Notes: generated by a model not told the origin, from the letters alone. 64,000 bases of DNA from Octopus vulgaris (GCA_951406725.2 OX597815.1:63922001-63986000), one strand, 5' to 3'; counted from the first letter of the stretch, positions 12,065 through 25,402 are shown. Made by a program: numbers and translations.

Positions 12065-12508
12065 GGAGAGGGAGCGAGAGAGAGATTTGATAGGAGATTG
12101 TAAAAATAAATAGGCTGATGATGATGACGATAGAAAAGTTGTAAGTTTTGTTTCACCCATTTGGTCAATCCAATTATTCAGCCCAGGTAGAATAGGAACA
12201 AGATGAACGCTATTCTAACGTGACCATCCAATCTGTTCAGACGTAGAGTAATTTCGCACTATATTATGTAAACTGTCCATCCATGGTTTTTATTATTACC
12301 ATAATCAAGCGACAGAGAAATAGTTTATATCTGTATATGACTGCTATTTCTAGCCGGTTCAGTGACAGTATAGACGCAACTTTATTTACTTGTAGTGGAG
12401 ATGGTGGTGATGTGATGGTGTTTAAAGACTGCGACGGGGACGCTGTAGTTTGATGGAGCCGCTGTAGTTAAACTGGCGGTTTTAATAATATTGCGTCATG
12501 GTCATATA

Positions 12509-12724
12509 CGTAGTGGTGCTGAAAAGTTCATGGCTTTAGGGGTGTCACGAAAGGCCTGGCTGGAGGTCCAACGTTCCGAGTTCTTTTACAGAGCTTAGAA
12601 TAACTGAAGAACCGCTGCAATAAGTGCGTGAATCTAAGAGGTGAATATGTTGAATAAGATCATAATTAACTGATCCTTTTGCATTTTTTTTTACCAAAAA
12701 CCAGGAACTTTTCAGCACCCCTCG
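12509..12724 (+). mobile_element. mariner-derived MITE (internal deletion derivative)
   Basis: TIRs CG(T)AGTGGTGCTGAAAAGTTCATGGC and CCAGGAACTTTTCAGCACCCCTCG. Interior retains mariner C-terminal codons (RCNKCVNLRGEYVE*). Confidence 0.8.
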
Positions 12725-13013
12725 CACTTATTTAGGCTGTTTGCTGTTTTGTTGCTACTCTTTAACCACAGGCCGAGCCTGATAGCAAAGTTCGCAAGAT
12801 AGTCAGCAGAGCCACCAGGATACAATCCTCATATCCATAGATCCAGATATACCATATTTCTACCTGGTTAACAACCATACTACTTACTCTAACATACAAT
12901 GGTTAATTGATTACATCTTAGAATTGGAATATATACTCACCATGTAGCTTTTCTATAGAATTATGTGCATTCTTATGTGTGTCAGCACAACCTAACCAGA
13001 CAACTCCCTACAC

Positions 13014-13351
13014 CAGAAGTTCTCAAACGAGGTCCATATGGCACTTGAGGGTTCATATAAGATTCTTTTTTGGGAGGGGGATCCATGCAACAGAACAGTA
13101 AATTGGGGACTCACAATAGTATATTAAGGGCCCCTGAAAAACTTTTGCTTTGGACATATATGAATTGGTATATATTGCAAGAAACAGCTAGGATTCTTTC
13201 TCTAGCATTTTACTTAGTTTAGCCTACACATGTTAATGTCAGAACAAAATAGAACTTTTAAATATCGAAATGGCTAGGGGGGCACTAGAATAAAAAAAAA
13301 AAACAGTAATCAAAAGGGTCTATAAATAAAAAAAAAGTTCGAGAACCCCTG
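13014..13351. mobile_element. hAT (Charlie-type) MITE
   Basis: Termini CAGAAGTTCTCAAAC and GTTCGAGAACCCCTG. 8-bp TSD-like flanks CCCTACAC and CTTTACAC with central TA. Confidence 0.75.
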
Positions 13352-14551
13352 CTTTACACAGTCCTTCCACCTGCTAGAAATAGCAGCTAAATCTTTTTTA
13401 AACGCCAATCTCTCGTCTCAAAATCCGATGAATTATTTCAAAGTGATTTCCCATTTACATCTCCTATTTCACTTGTGATTTCTTGCCGCAAATTCGAGAT
13501 GGTGTTTATATAATTATTGTTTTTTAAACTATCTTTTCCAGTCATCTCTGCTTTTACCATAATTTTTTCTATATCATTTTATAGATTGACTCTTAAAGAA
13601 AATTTTTTTCTTTGTACCTATTTTTTGTTAAAATACATTTTTCTTCACGTTCCTTTCTGTATATCCTTTTCACAGTTACCTCTTCTTTTAGCAACTGCTC
13701 CTTTTCAATACTTACATGTCTTATACATATTTTTGTTAACCATTCTCTTCTCCTCCTCAGTGCCTTTTTACCTTCTCTTACGTTTAACTTGGTTTTTATA
13801 AATTTCTATTTCCACTTTTTCTTCCACCTTTATCCACTTTGAAATTTTTGCTCCACCTTCTGTTAATCTTTCGTTATCTCAATACACTGTTCCCCTCATT
13901 TATTTTGCTTCCCCTCTTAAAGATACCATATTCATTTCCCACTCAAATCAATCCCCAGCTAACCACCTGAAATCCATACCGATACTCTCCAGCCTATACC
14001 CATCTCCTTTATATACCCACAACCTCTCGCCTCTTGCTCTTTTCTTAAATTCTCATAAAATTGCATCCCCACTCAGCCCCTAACGACTTTTACTTTCTCT
14101 CTTCTCTCCTTTCCACCACCCTTATCTTTTGTCTTTTTTCTCTGATAAATAACTCCATATCCAAAACGTCAAGGACCGCTGTCTCTTCCGTTTTCCCTTC
14201 AAGCGGGAAATTAATTACACCCCTGTGAAAAAATCAATCCCCTTATGATTTGTTCTTGTTTTTATTGATTGATCATACATACATACTCACAAAAGTGTAA
14301 GAAAGCTTCGTACATCAGAAGTTGCTTGAGGATCGGGATTACGAAACATCAGGTAGTGATTCATTCGAACTCAAATTTTAGCAACTATTATTCCACTGTA
14401 CGAATAGGGATGTCTGCTAGTTTCTTTTGTATAATTGTATTTCACACCAATGTGTCACCTCCATACAATATATATATATATACACACACACACATATAAT
14501 ATGTAATATATATATTTCATATTATACACACACATATATATATATATATAT

Positions 14552-15088
14552 AAAAGTAAAAAAATATACAAACTGGGACAAGAACGTGAAACATTTAGAA
14601 GACGACACAAAAAACACGGACGGGACATTCGAAGCCCTCAATCATCAGTCAAGAACCGGATCATCTTCGCAATTTCGGCTGATTAATCTTGAGATTGCTC
14701 CGATCTGGGCAGCCCTCAAGGGAAATCTAAGCCATGCGCATTAGATTCCTTGGAAGAAAGCCTCGAATGTATACAACACAGGGACGGAAAACGGACGATG
14801 TTACACGAATAAAAATACAAAAATACGTAAAAACAATAATGATAGCACGAATAAGAATACAAAATAAATGATAGCACGAATAAGAATACAAAATACGTAA
14901 AAACAATAATGGTAAGGATAACAACAAAACCAGGACGTCAGGACAAGCGTCTTTTCGACAGGACGAGTTAAGTTTTGAGCTGGCTATAGAAGAGTACCTT
15001 AAGGCCACAGAGAACAAACAAATACGTATTGCCACAATGACTGCTGGATGCGAAAAGGCAGTAGTCGCTGGCTGGTCACGTGGGGACA
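14552..15088 (-). mobile_element. Unclassified dispersed repeat, about 530 bp (second copy at 38318-38850)
   Basis: Extended similarity to 38318-38850 (GGACGGGACATTCGAAGCCCTCA.TCATCAGTCAAGAACC...). Abuts (TA)n. Ends in GGTCACGTG. Confidence 0.75.
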
Positions 15089-15405
15089 TATATATATGTA
15101 TGTATCTATGTATGTATATATGTATGTATATATCTATAATATGTAATATATGTATGTATATGTATATATGTATATATGTGTGTTGGTGGGTGTGTATGTG
15201 TGTGTGTGTATGTGTGTGTGTGTGTGATGTGTATGCCTGTATGTATGTATACACATTCTACGCATTTATTGGCGTCTTCTTACACTTAATATACAGAAAA
15301 AACACGCGCACACGCTTATAAATATACATACAGATACATATGGACGTGTATTTATACATACATATGTGTGCGTGTGTGTATGTAAGCAAGTGTGTATGTA
15401 AGCAA

Positions 15406-15443
<38 letters not shown>

Positions 15444-15547
15444 GTATGTATGTATGATTCTATGTGCGTGCGTGAGTGTACGTGTGTATATGTATGTGCA
15501 TGTGTGTATGTGATTGTAGGTGTGAGAGAGAGGGAGAGAGAAAGAGA

Positions 15548-15589
<42 letters not shown>

Positions 15590-16069
15590 CGTGAGAAAAA
15601 GTGAGTTAGATGGAAAGAAAGAAGGAAAGAGAAGACAAAAAGATGTTGAGAGAGTAATGAGAAGAGTGAAGGGAAAATGGGAAGTGAAGAAGAGAGCAAG
15701 AGGTATATAGAGAGGGAGGTGGAAGGGAGCAAAGTTCACGGTGGGGAAAGTTTGGGGTGTCGGTATATAGTTGGGGAGTGGGTATGGTTATGTGCTATAT
15801 TCGGTGGAATGACGTGAAATAAGAGACGTAAACCTATCAGTTGTATGTGTCAAGAGACATTGAGGAGAAGAAGCGGAGAGGGAGGCGGAGGTAGAGGAGA
15901 AGGAGGAGGACGACGACGACGAGAAGGTGTGAAAGAAGAGGTGTTTATTAGTCTTGCGTATGTGTGTGTGTTGTTAGCGTATATGTATTTGTACGTATGA
16001 ATGTGCGTTTGTCCATATGTGATTACGTAAGTGTATATATATATATATATATATATACCAACTATCTCA

Positions 16070-16113
<44 letters not shown>

Positions 16114-16887
16114 AATATATATATATATATATATATTGCATACATATATATTTGTTTTGTGCTTCTATAAATACGTAGACATACACAAAACATATGTGTG
16201 TTTGTTTTACGCGCGTGCACGCATGCAGACACACAAATACGTACATACTTATATATACCTGTACATACACACATATGTAATATATATATAAGACGCACAC
16301 ATACACACACACACACACACACACTCATATGTATGTATGTATGTACGTATGTATGTATGTATGTATGTATAATTTCATTGGGATATTTAACCTTGATGTT
16401 TACCGAATTAAGCTCACCCAGGGATATGAATGAGAGAAAGCTGTAAATAAGTGGTAGTTTCTTCTTCCAAATATATGCCCGAAACTCCACAATTCTCCAT
16501 GGTAATTTTTAAAATCACAAATAAGAAGAATTGAGTAAGCAAGTAATTTTACTACCACAAATTACAGTTGTTTCATCTTAATTCAAACAATCAATCTTAC
16601 AACAATATATAATAATACCTGCAACTGTTGGTTACTTTCCATATACCATTGAGATTAATACTAATACCACATGCTGAATAACATTCTTCTGAATTGTGTA
16701 TCAAATAATATATTGAAATTTACTCAAAGAACATTGAATAGACATAAACATTACAAATAGACGTCCTGCATATTATACATATTCAGTGTCCTTTAAGTGA
16801 ATTTCCGCTTACTATTTCATGCACATATCAGAAGTGTCTTCTTCAACATGTGTTAGCCTGAATTCCACATGAAAAGTAATCAATATT

Positions 16888-17037
16888 TACTCTTACTCTC
16901 TTTTACTCTTTTACTTGTTTCAGTCATTTGACTGCGGCCATGCTGGAGCACCGCCTTTAATCGAGCAACTCGACTCCGGGACTTATTCTTTGTAAGCCCA
17001 GTACTTATTCTATCGGTCTCTTTTGCCGAACTGCTAT
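16888..17037 (-). mobile_element. SINE family A, 3' fragment
   Basis: TTTTACTTGTTTCAGTCATTTGACTGCGGCCATGCTGGAGCACCGCC... Confidence 0.85.
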
Positions 17038-17174
17038 GCATTATTACATAATGATGTAAGATCGACTGTTTCAATTAAAATGAAGCAATTGTAAACTGGA
17101 GTAGTAAAATGACTCGCTCACTTCAGTCTCCTTATTTCCCATAATGTGTGATTGTGTGTAGGTATGTATATATA

Positions 17175-17231
<57 letters not shown>

Positions 17232-17236
<5 letters not shown>

Positions 17237-17443
17237 TAATCCAAACAAGAAAACACAGAAAAAAACACAGCAACACGAGGACGTGGAACAATTAAAGTAT
17301 TATTTGACGCTCAGGAAAGAAGGGAAGGAGGGTTTAACGTTTCGAGCGGAGCTCTTCGTCGGAAACAAGGAGAAGGAAAGATCCCGAGAAGGGAAGATAG
17401 AGGAAAAAAATATTTTTGCTGGTGGTGCTCAAGAGATCACATG
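17232..17443 (-). mobile_element. About 210-bp non-coding element with minimal HHR (copies at 18229-18440 and 61616-61825; relative at 46125-46335)
   Basis: Near-identical copies in both orientations, each abutting (TA)n. Confidence 0.8.
17332..17366 (-). ncRNA. Minimal type I HHR, CCGACGA core variant
   Basis: GTTT-CCGACGA-A-GAGC-TCC-GCTC-GAA-ACGT-T-AAAC: stems I and II, palindromic ACGT stem III. Confidence 0.6.
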
Positions 17444-18228
17444 TTGAAAGAACACAAGTTGAGAGGTAGACGAATCATGATTTTTAAAAACAAGAGAGTT
17501 TCAAAGAGAAGGAATATGGTGGGTGCGTGTGTGTGTGTGTGTGCAAGGATGACAAGTGTGTTTGTGCGTGCGTGCGTGTGTGTGTGTGTATGTATGGTGA
17601 ATAATAGGCATGGCAAGCTAGCTGTCATAAAGGAGTGACACTTGTTTGTATCCAGCCAGGTCAAAACCAGGTAAAAAAACAAATGTGTATATGTGTGTGC
17701 GTGTAAGTATATGTATCATATGTGTGTGTTGTTTGTAGTGTGTGTGTGTGCATGTGTGTGTTCGTGTGTGTATGCGTAGAGTTTGGGTGTGTGGCGAGTA
17801 ACTGTGCTTAACCTAGTGTATGCGTGTGTGTATGTATGTATGTGTGTATGTATGTATGTATGTATGTGTGTGTATGTATGTATGTGTGTATGTGTGTGTA
17901 TGTGTGTATATGTGTGTGTATGTATGTGTGTGTATGTATGTGTGTGTGTATGTATGTATGTGTGCCTGCGTGTATGTGTGCATGTGTGTGTGTATGTATG
18001 TATGTATGTATATGTATGTGCGTGTTTGTGTATGTATGTATCTATATATGTATGTATGTGTGTATGTATGTGTGTGTGTATATATGTGTGTATGTGTGTG
18101 TATGTGTATATATATATATATACACATATATATATATATACATATATATGAATATACCTGTATGTATATATATATACATATATATATATATATGTATATA
18201 CATACATATGCATGTATATATATATAGT

Positions 18229-18440
18229 TAAAGTTAATCCAAACTAGAAAGCACAAAAAACACAACAACGCGAGGACGTGGAACAAATATAGTATTATTG
18301 GACGCTCAGGAAAGAAGGAAAGAAGGAGGGTTTAACGTTTCGAGCGGAGCTCTTCGTCGGAAACATAGGAGAAGGAAAGATCCAGAGAAGGGAAGACAGA
18401 GGGAAAAAAATCGCCAACGGTACACACGAGATCACATGTA
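18229..18440 (-). mobile_element. Second copy of the 210-bp HHR element (HHR at 18330-18364)
   Basis: Same HHR motif as at 17332-17366, with conserved flanks. Confidence 0.8.
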
Positions 18441-19076
18441 TACATATATATACACACATACATATACATATATATATATATACATGTACATATGCACACA
18501 TATGTATTATAATGGGTAATGATATGCAAGAGCTGTATAATAGATAGAAATAATTAATGCTCAGACGGACCAGATACCTAAAACCCAATGTCAATCGAAG
18601 GCAACGTATCAGTCGAGCTAAGGCGGTTTTTAATTACATCAAATCACTAACAAAATATTTATACGGAAGTGAGTGTAGAATATATATATATTCGGTAGAA
18701 AAAGAAAAACAGGAAAGTAAAAGTTCATTATAGTTTTTCAATGATAGATATACATCATAGATAAAAATATATATAAAAAACAGAAAACGAGAATTCGAGT
18801 AGTCATTCGCATTAGTTTTTGATAATTAGGTAGAAATCCGGGTTCGTTCATATTCGAACCACACAAATAAAAGGGAAAAGAATACAGGTAATCCTTTGCA
18901 CCTGTTTCCAGGATTTGGTGATCAATAAGTGCATGTACGTGAAGAAAATCGGTGTTAGCCAATATATATGAAATAAAACAATTTTTAACTATATATCAGC
19001 ACTCACTCCATCATTGGAAGTATTCACTAATTAATTCCTATTGTGCTCTCTACTCTCTTAACGCTTTATTCCAAAG

Positions 19077-19330
19077 CAATAATTCTCAACTAGGATTTAT
19101 ATGCTTCCAGAGGGTCCGTGTAATATTTTGGGGGTTCTACGCTAGCGAAATAGTAAATTGGAGATCCGCAGTAGAATTTTAAGGGTCCGTGAAAAATTTT
19201 GATTTAAATGTTTTTATTGTCATAAACAGCTGGGTTTCATTCACAAAAGTTTTATTTAATTCAACTTACACATGTTAATGTATGTTAAACAAAATAGGAA
19301 TTTGGAAAGAAGTTTCTATAAAACTAGCGA
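19077..19330. mobile_element. Diverged partial copy of the hAT MITE at 13014
   Basis: Shared internal blocks (AGTAAATTGG.GA...TTAAGGG.CC.TGAAAA...CCTACACATGTTAATG). Confidence 0.55.
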
Positions 19331-19371
19331 TTCTGCCCGCTAGCCACCTTATACATATATTAACATGGTAG

Positions 19372-19561
19372 AATAGAAGTAAAGCCAGACAAGCAACTGT
19401 TATCAGGGAAGATTATGACATTTATATAATTATACATTGACATACTTGAGGGTAGAAATAGATGTTACATGTGTTTAGACCACCCCAACTGCTGTAACAT
19501 ACATTTCTACCCTGATACCAATTGACCGGATATCAGTTGCTTGGCTGTTTGTACTTCTATT
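19372..19561. repeat. Imperfect palindrome, putative MITE
   Basis: Outer AATAGAAGTA..CAAGCAACTG / CAGTTGCTTG..TACTTCTATT. Inner AGGGTAGAAAT..TGTTACA / TGTAACA..ATTTCTACCCT. Confidence 0.6.
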
Positions 19562-20335
19562 ATAAATATATCAAATTGATTGAAACACTACCTATAACCA
19601 ATCCTCGTTTAGGCAGTTATAACATCCCTGCACTTTTAGTACCAGCTTAAGTTCAGTTTAGGTAGAAAATCAACCTGAGCACTAATTGCATGTACCTTTT
19701 ATTATAAGTCATCAGATGAAATATTACCCATTGTTGGGTGTTATATTTTCAGCTCGTCATGGGAGGAGTGGCTTGTGGATGTATACCCTTTCAATAGCTT
19801 CAACCTTCCTATACCCAGAAATAAGGACAGTTGGTTGAGGTTAAAAACTTTAATAATCGGTTTGATTTTTGAAAGGTCTGTTACTGAGTAGATTGGGAAT
19901 TATGCAAAAGCTATACAAGAGGGAAGATAATCCAGGAATACTTATACATACATTCATTCATTCATACATACATACATACATACATACATACATACATACA
20001 TACATACACTCGTGTATATGTGTACTTATGTGTGTCTCTGTTCTCCGCGAGAAGCTATCGCTATTGGCAGCTTCGATCAGAAATAATTACCGAAGGCAAT
20101 ACGATTGATTAAAACACTGAAACATGCCTTTGCTCAATGGCTGGAATCATTGAAAGAATACGTATATTACACAGTTATACACATATATATTAATACATAT
20201 GTACATATGTTGCACAGACCATTATACACTTCCGTTCAATAAATACATATATTGTCAACACTCCATTTCTACGCCATACCTCATCATCGTTGTACACCCC
20301 CTACGCACACACTCACACAAATACACGCACATGCA

Positions 20336-21563
20336 TGAGGGTGGGCTGAAAATTTCATAGGCGCATTATGAAGGAGTGATGCTAGAGCTGTGAAATCTTC
20401 CATGCATTTATTTCATCCCTTGTTAAAAACTGTATTGTTTCTTTCCAGGTAAACTGACATCTGATTTTTCAAAGAAGACTTCAAATGTAACTAGTAGCAA
20501 CTTCTCTTGAAAATGAACAAAATTTGGCATCATGGTGTTATGAAGAACATGCAGAAAAAGGGATTAGCCCCCAACGACATTCATGCTGACATGGTTGCTG
20601 CACTAGGGGATGATGCTCCAGCTTTATCAACAGTGCAAAAATGGGCAGTGGAATTTAGGAGGGGAAGGGAGAGTCTTGAAGATGACTTAAATTCTGGACG
20701 TCCGGCAACTGCCACTACCAAGGAAAGCATTGATCGTGTTCACCACATCGTGATGGATGACAGGCGATTGACTGTAAATCGATTAACAACGCTCTCTTAT
20801 GAGAGAGTTGAGAATATTTTGTACAAAGAAATTGACATGTCGAAGCTTTCTGATCGGTGTGCGCCATATCTCTTTATACCTGATCAAAAGCGCACCAGGC
20901 TGATCACACATAACGGTAAAATTTGATATGGTTTGAGGCAGATCCAGCTGGTTTCCTTGAACGTTTCCTAACCCAGAATAAGTGTTGGGTTCATCACTTT
21001 GAACCAGAGATAAAGAGAAAATCTAAGTAGTGGATACACCCACCCTTAGTTGCCCCAAAGAATGCCATGGTCGTTTCATCTGTAGGGAAGGTGATGAGCT
21101 TAGTGTTTTGGGATGCAAAAGGCATTATATTTATTGACTATCTTCAAAAGGGCTGTTCCATCAATGGAGAGTTCTATGCCAACTCGTTGAGGCAGTTATG
21201 AAAGGCTATCAAGACCAAACACCCAGGAAAACTGATGAAAGGGGTCTTGTTTCATCAGGACAATGCTCCAATACACAAGTCCTAGGCTGCTGAGTATGAC
21301 TGGCTTTGAAGTGGCTGATCACCCTCTTTATCCTCCTGACTGTCATCTGATACCAAATAGGAAAGACACTTGGCTGGGAACCAGTATTGCAGTGATGATG
21401 ACTTTTTTTACCCACAGGATAAAAGCTTCTTCACCAATAGGATCCAAGCACTGCATCACCGATGGAAAACGTGAGCAGACTGCAAGGGGGTTAAGTTGAA
21501 AAATATATCTTATTTGGTCACATTGGTATCTCCGTCAGCCTATGAACTTTCTAGCCGGCCTAG
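20336..21563 (+). mobile_element. mariner-family transposon, decayed
   Basis: Degenerate TIRs TGAGGGTGGGCTGAAAATTTCATAGGC and GCCTATGAACTTTCTAGCCGGCCTAG. TA at the right flank. Confidence 0.88.
20513..21505 (+). pseudogene. mariner (DDD-type) transposase, disrupted
   Basis: HTH (STVQKWAVEFRRGRESLEDD..SGRP), TQNKCWVHHFEPE, GKVMSLVFWDAKGIIFIDYLQKG, GVLFHQDNAPIH and DHPLYPPD, with stops and frameshifts. Confidence 0.88.
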
Positions 21564-22702
21564 TACGTACGTACGTACGTACGTATGTACGTATGTACGT
21601 ATGTATGTATGTATGTATGTATGTATGTATGTATGTATGTATGTATGTATGTATGTATGTATGTATTTATGTATGTATGCATTTATGTATGTATATTTAG
21701 TGTCAATATATACATAGTCTGCTGCTATGCATCCGCTATACTTTTTACGTTGTCGTTTATGTTACTGCAAATGATGATAATGATAGAATACATCGATGCA
21801 ACTTAGCTTGTGGCATCCTTTAGTCACCAAGTTATTCAAATATAGACGCCTTTATGTACGCGTTGGTATGTGTGTGTGCGTGCGTTCGCGCTTGTGTGTG
21901 TGTATGTGTGTGTTTGGGGGGGCGTATACAAACAGATATACGTATATATCTGTATCTATGAATACTTATCTATTTTGTAAATAGTAAATGTCACTCGCTC
22001 ATAATTACCTAAGATTATTTAAATATGATCACAAACATTTTTCATTGTAATAACTATTTCAAAATGAAAGACTTTGTATTCTCGACTCGTCCAGAGTTAT
22101 ATCGAAATTTATGCCACAACCCGCAGGCTGACAACCAAGTGCTTCAGCACCAACTACAGTGTCTTTTCGCAGACCACGTATTAAACGTACTGGTTAATTC
22201 TTCCTTCTCTCCTGTAAATCTTCTACATAATTTCCAATGTACTGAGAAGCCAACCTTTCAAAAACCAAACCGATTATTAAAGGCATTAACGGTCCTTACT
22301 TCTGGGTATCGGAGAGTTGAAGGGATTGAAAGGTTGTACGTCCACAAGCCACTCTTTCGTTGACGAATTAAAAATATTACATCCAAGAATCATATATTCT
22401 CACAACTAGGAGAACTGACAGTCGTAGCTAGAAGTTATACGCCCCGCCCCAAAGCACAACGAAAATGCCTACAGGGAAGTTGCACTGACCACCTACGGAA
22501 AATAGTACTTCTATATTGAGAATTTATGAATCTATCTACACCGCCACACACAAATACATATATATCTGCGTGTACATATTATCATATGTGTCTATATAAA
22601 TATACCATCGTCCCCTATGGGACCGCCATATTTAGGTGGCAAATGTACTTCACGATTCCGTGCTGCTACTGTTTACTTCTTGCGCAGAGATTTAAGATAT
22701 AC

Positions 22703-22751
<49 letters not shown>

Positions 22752-22947
22752 TACTCTTTTATTCCTTTACTTGTTTCAGTCATTTGACTGTGGCCATGCT
22801 GGAGCTCCGCATTTAGTCGAGCAAGTCGACCCCAAGACATTTTTTGTATTTATTCTATCGGTTTCTTTTGCCGAACCGCTAAGTTACGGGGACGTAAACA
22901 CACCACCATTGGTTGTCAAGCAATGTTGGGGGCACATACACGCACAT

Positions 22948-22982
<35 letters not shown>

Positions 22983-23115
22983 CAACGGGCTTCTTTCAGT
23001 TTCCGTCTTTTGTCGGCCCAAGGCTATAGTAGAATATACTTGCCACGCAGTGGGACTGAACCCGGAACCATGTGGTTCGTAAGCAAGCTACTTACCACAC
23101 AGCCACTCCTACGCC
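22752..23115 (-). mobile_element. SINE family A with internal deletions
   Basis: Reverse complement of both the head (CTTACCACACAGCCACTCCTACGCC) and the tail are present. Confidence 0.88.
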
Positions 23116-23140
23116 GATATATATATATATATATATATAT

Positions 23141-23340
23141 TACGGAGATGTACTTGCATAGCAAGTGATCTGATCTTAGATCGTGTGCTAGAACGAAAAC
23201 AATTGCAGCGTGGAAGGTGTTTATAAGCTATTTAAGAAACACACAAAAACGGTTACATTCACTTCAGCATTTAAATTTAATTTGCCAAAATATTTTCATC
23301 GCTTTGAGACCGCGACCTGTTCACTGACAAAATTCCGTGC

Positions 23341-23342
<2 letters not shown>
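23141..23342 (-). mobile_element. Unclassified repeat, about 200 bp (inverted partial copy at 51370-51513)
   Basis: TACGGAGATGTACT.GCAT...AATTGCAGCGTGGAAGGTGTTTATAAG matches the reverse complement of 51370-51513. Abuts (TA)n. Confidence 0.75.
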
Positions 23343-23410
<68 letters not shown>

Positions 23411-23930
23411 AACAGACAGACAGAGCGGAAGAGACAGACACAGAGAGAGACTCATCAGTATGGTTGCTGGCAGAACGATTGTTTTTCTTTGTGAGAACCA
23501 CCTTGGAATTTTAGGGGACACCTTATTATTTTATCGAAGTATTCGACTCTGTTTAGATTTCAACATTGAATTGTTTTTAATCGAGAGATATTGGATTTTG
23601 TCTCCCCTAGAGGATTTCCTGTTGTCTTGTACTTTCTTTGCTTCTATTATATTTCTCACTTTGATGCCAGTCCATTTGTGTGGCGCCATTTGCTCCAATT
23701 TTTCTGTTGTTCTTTGTGATCGTTAATTTATTTTCTGTAACATTTTGTCCATATTTTTCTTCTGAAATGTTTCTAATTTTCCTATACCTGATCGATTCTC
23801 GACTTGTTGTTTGATACTCCATTCCCTGTAAAAACTTCGTTTACCATCTCGAAACATTTTATGCTGTTTCACTTGTTTCATTTACTTTATTAAAATCTGT
23901 TTATTAAAATTAAATTTATTAAAACAATGA

Positions 23931-24146
23931 TTTCAAATTTTGGTAGAAGGCAAGCGATTTTGGGGAGGTGGCAGGTTGTAAGTTAATAGCATTAATCCCA
24001 GTACTCAGCTGGTACTTACTTTATCGACCCTGAGAGGATGCAACGCAAAATCGCTCTTGGCGGAATTTGAACTCAGGACATAAGCACGGGCGAATGACGA
24101 TAATCATTTTGCTCAGCGTACAAACTATTCTACAAGCTGGCCGCCT
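23931..24146 (-). mobile_element. SINE family B, diverged
   Basis: TTATCGACCCTGAGAGGATG...CGGAATTTGAACTCAG. Confidence 0.8.
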
Positions 24147-24253
24147 AGCTCAAGCATATTATTTGCTAAGATAGACTTGCACCATAACATTAGGTAAAAC
24201 CCGGCGTGCGAACGATTAGGCCAGCTGGCCGCCTTCAAGTTTATTGAAATATT

Positions 24254-24466
24254 CTTTTCTACTCTAGGCATAAGGCCCGAAATTTTTTGGGAGGGGCCAG
24301 TCAATTAGATCGACCCCAATACGCAACTGGCACTTAATTTATCGACCCTGAAAGGATGAAAAGCAAAGTTGACCTCGGCGGAATTTGAACTCAGAACGTA
24401 GCGGCAGACGAAATACAGCTAAGCATTTCACCCGGCGTGCTAACGTTTCTGCGAGCGCGCCACCTT
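24254..24466 (-). mobile_element. SINE family B with 18-bp TSD
   Basis: Flanked by CAAGTTTATTGAAATATT (24236-24253) and CAAGTTTATTAAAATATT (24467-24484). Confidence 0.9.
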
Positions 24467-24966
24467 CAAGTTTATTAAAATATTAAAATCTCTACCAAGA
24501 CATTTCCCACGTTCTATACTCGTAGATTCCTTTCAAGATTTTAAGGCAGTCTTCACCTTCCATTTTATGCTACGTCTTACTAGTCCTTGTGAATGCTTGA
24601 TGACAGTGTCAGTTTTCAACAAACTGTTGTAGTTGCTGATGCTGTTGTTGTTTTTATCTGGCCCTTGTTGACATTAGTCTAGCAGTCATGTCAGTCATGA
24701 CCATCACATTATATTTCATTTTAGTAAACATCTATTCCTGACGACCTTCTCAAAATTATCACATTATAGATGGTAAGGTACGACATTAGAGAAGACTCGA
24801 CTGCTACTTCAAGCACGACTAATGACGACATAGTGGCTCCCGTCATTGATTCTCCAGTCAATGTAAAAACTGTTTCAAAGCCAGTGAAGCCAACATCCAG
24901 TGATGAAGTCATCAAACATATCATTTTGCCACCCATCTTCTTCAAATAAATGTGATCGTTAACATT

Positions 24967-25178
24967 GCTTCTAAATCAAGGCACAAGGCCAGCAGGTTCG
25001 GGGAGGGGCTAAGTCGATTAAATCGACCCCTGTTTTCAACTGGTACTTTTTTTATCGACTCTTAAAGGATGAAAAAACAAAGCTGACCTCGGCCGAATTT
25101 GAACTCAGAGCGTAAAGACGGACGAAATGCCACTAAGCATTTTGCCCGGCGTGCTAACGAGTCTGCCAGCTCACTGCC
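24967..25178 (-). mobile_element. SINE family B
   Basis: Full family-B sequence. Degenerate TSD AATGTGATCGTTAACATT / AATATGATCGTCAATATC. Confidence 0.88.
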
Positions 25179-25208
25179 AATATGATCGTCAATATCAAAC
25201 AACTCCTT

Positions 25209-25402
25209 AAGGCGGCGAGCTGGCAGAAACGTTAGCATGCCAGGCGAAATGCTTTGCGGTATTTAGTCTGCCTTTACGTTCTGAGTTCAAATTCCTCCCG
25301 AGGTCGACTTTGCCTTTCATCCTTTCGCGTTCGATACTGGGGTCAATGTAATCGAATAACCCCTTCCTCTAAATTGCTGGCCCTGTGACAAAATTTGAAA
25401 CA
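25209..25402 (+). mobile_element. SINE family B
   Basis: Head AAGGCGGCGAGCTGGCAGAAACGTTAGC, B box GAGTTCAAATTCC. TSD AATATCAAACAACTCCTT / AATATTAAACAACTCGTT. Confidence 0.9.

Noticed and set aside
22025-22363. 112-aa non-repetitive ORF as a possible host exon
   Set aside because: No recognisable domain or convincing splice context. It could be decayed TE sequence and is unsupported without expression data.
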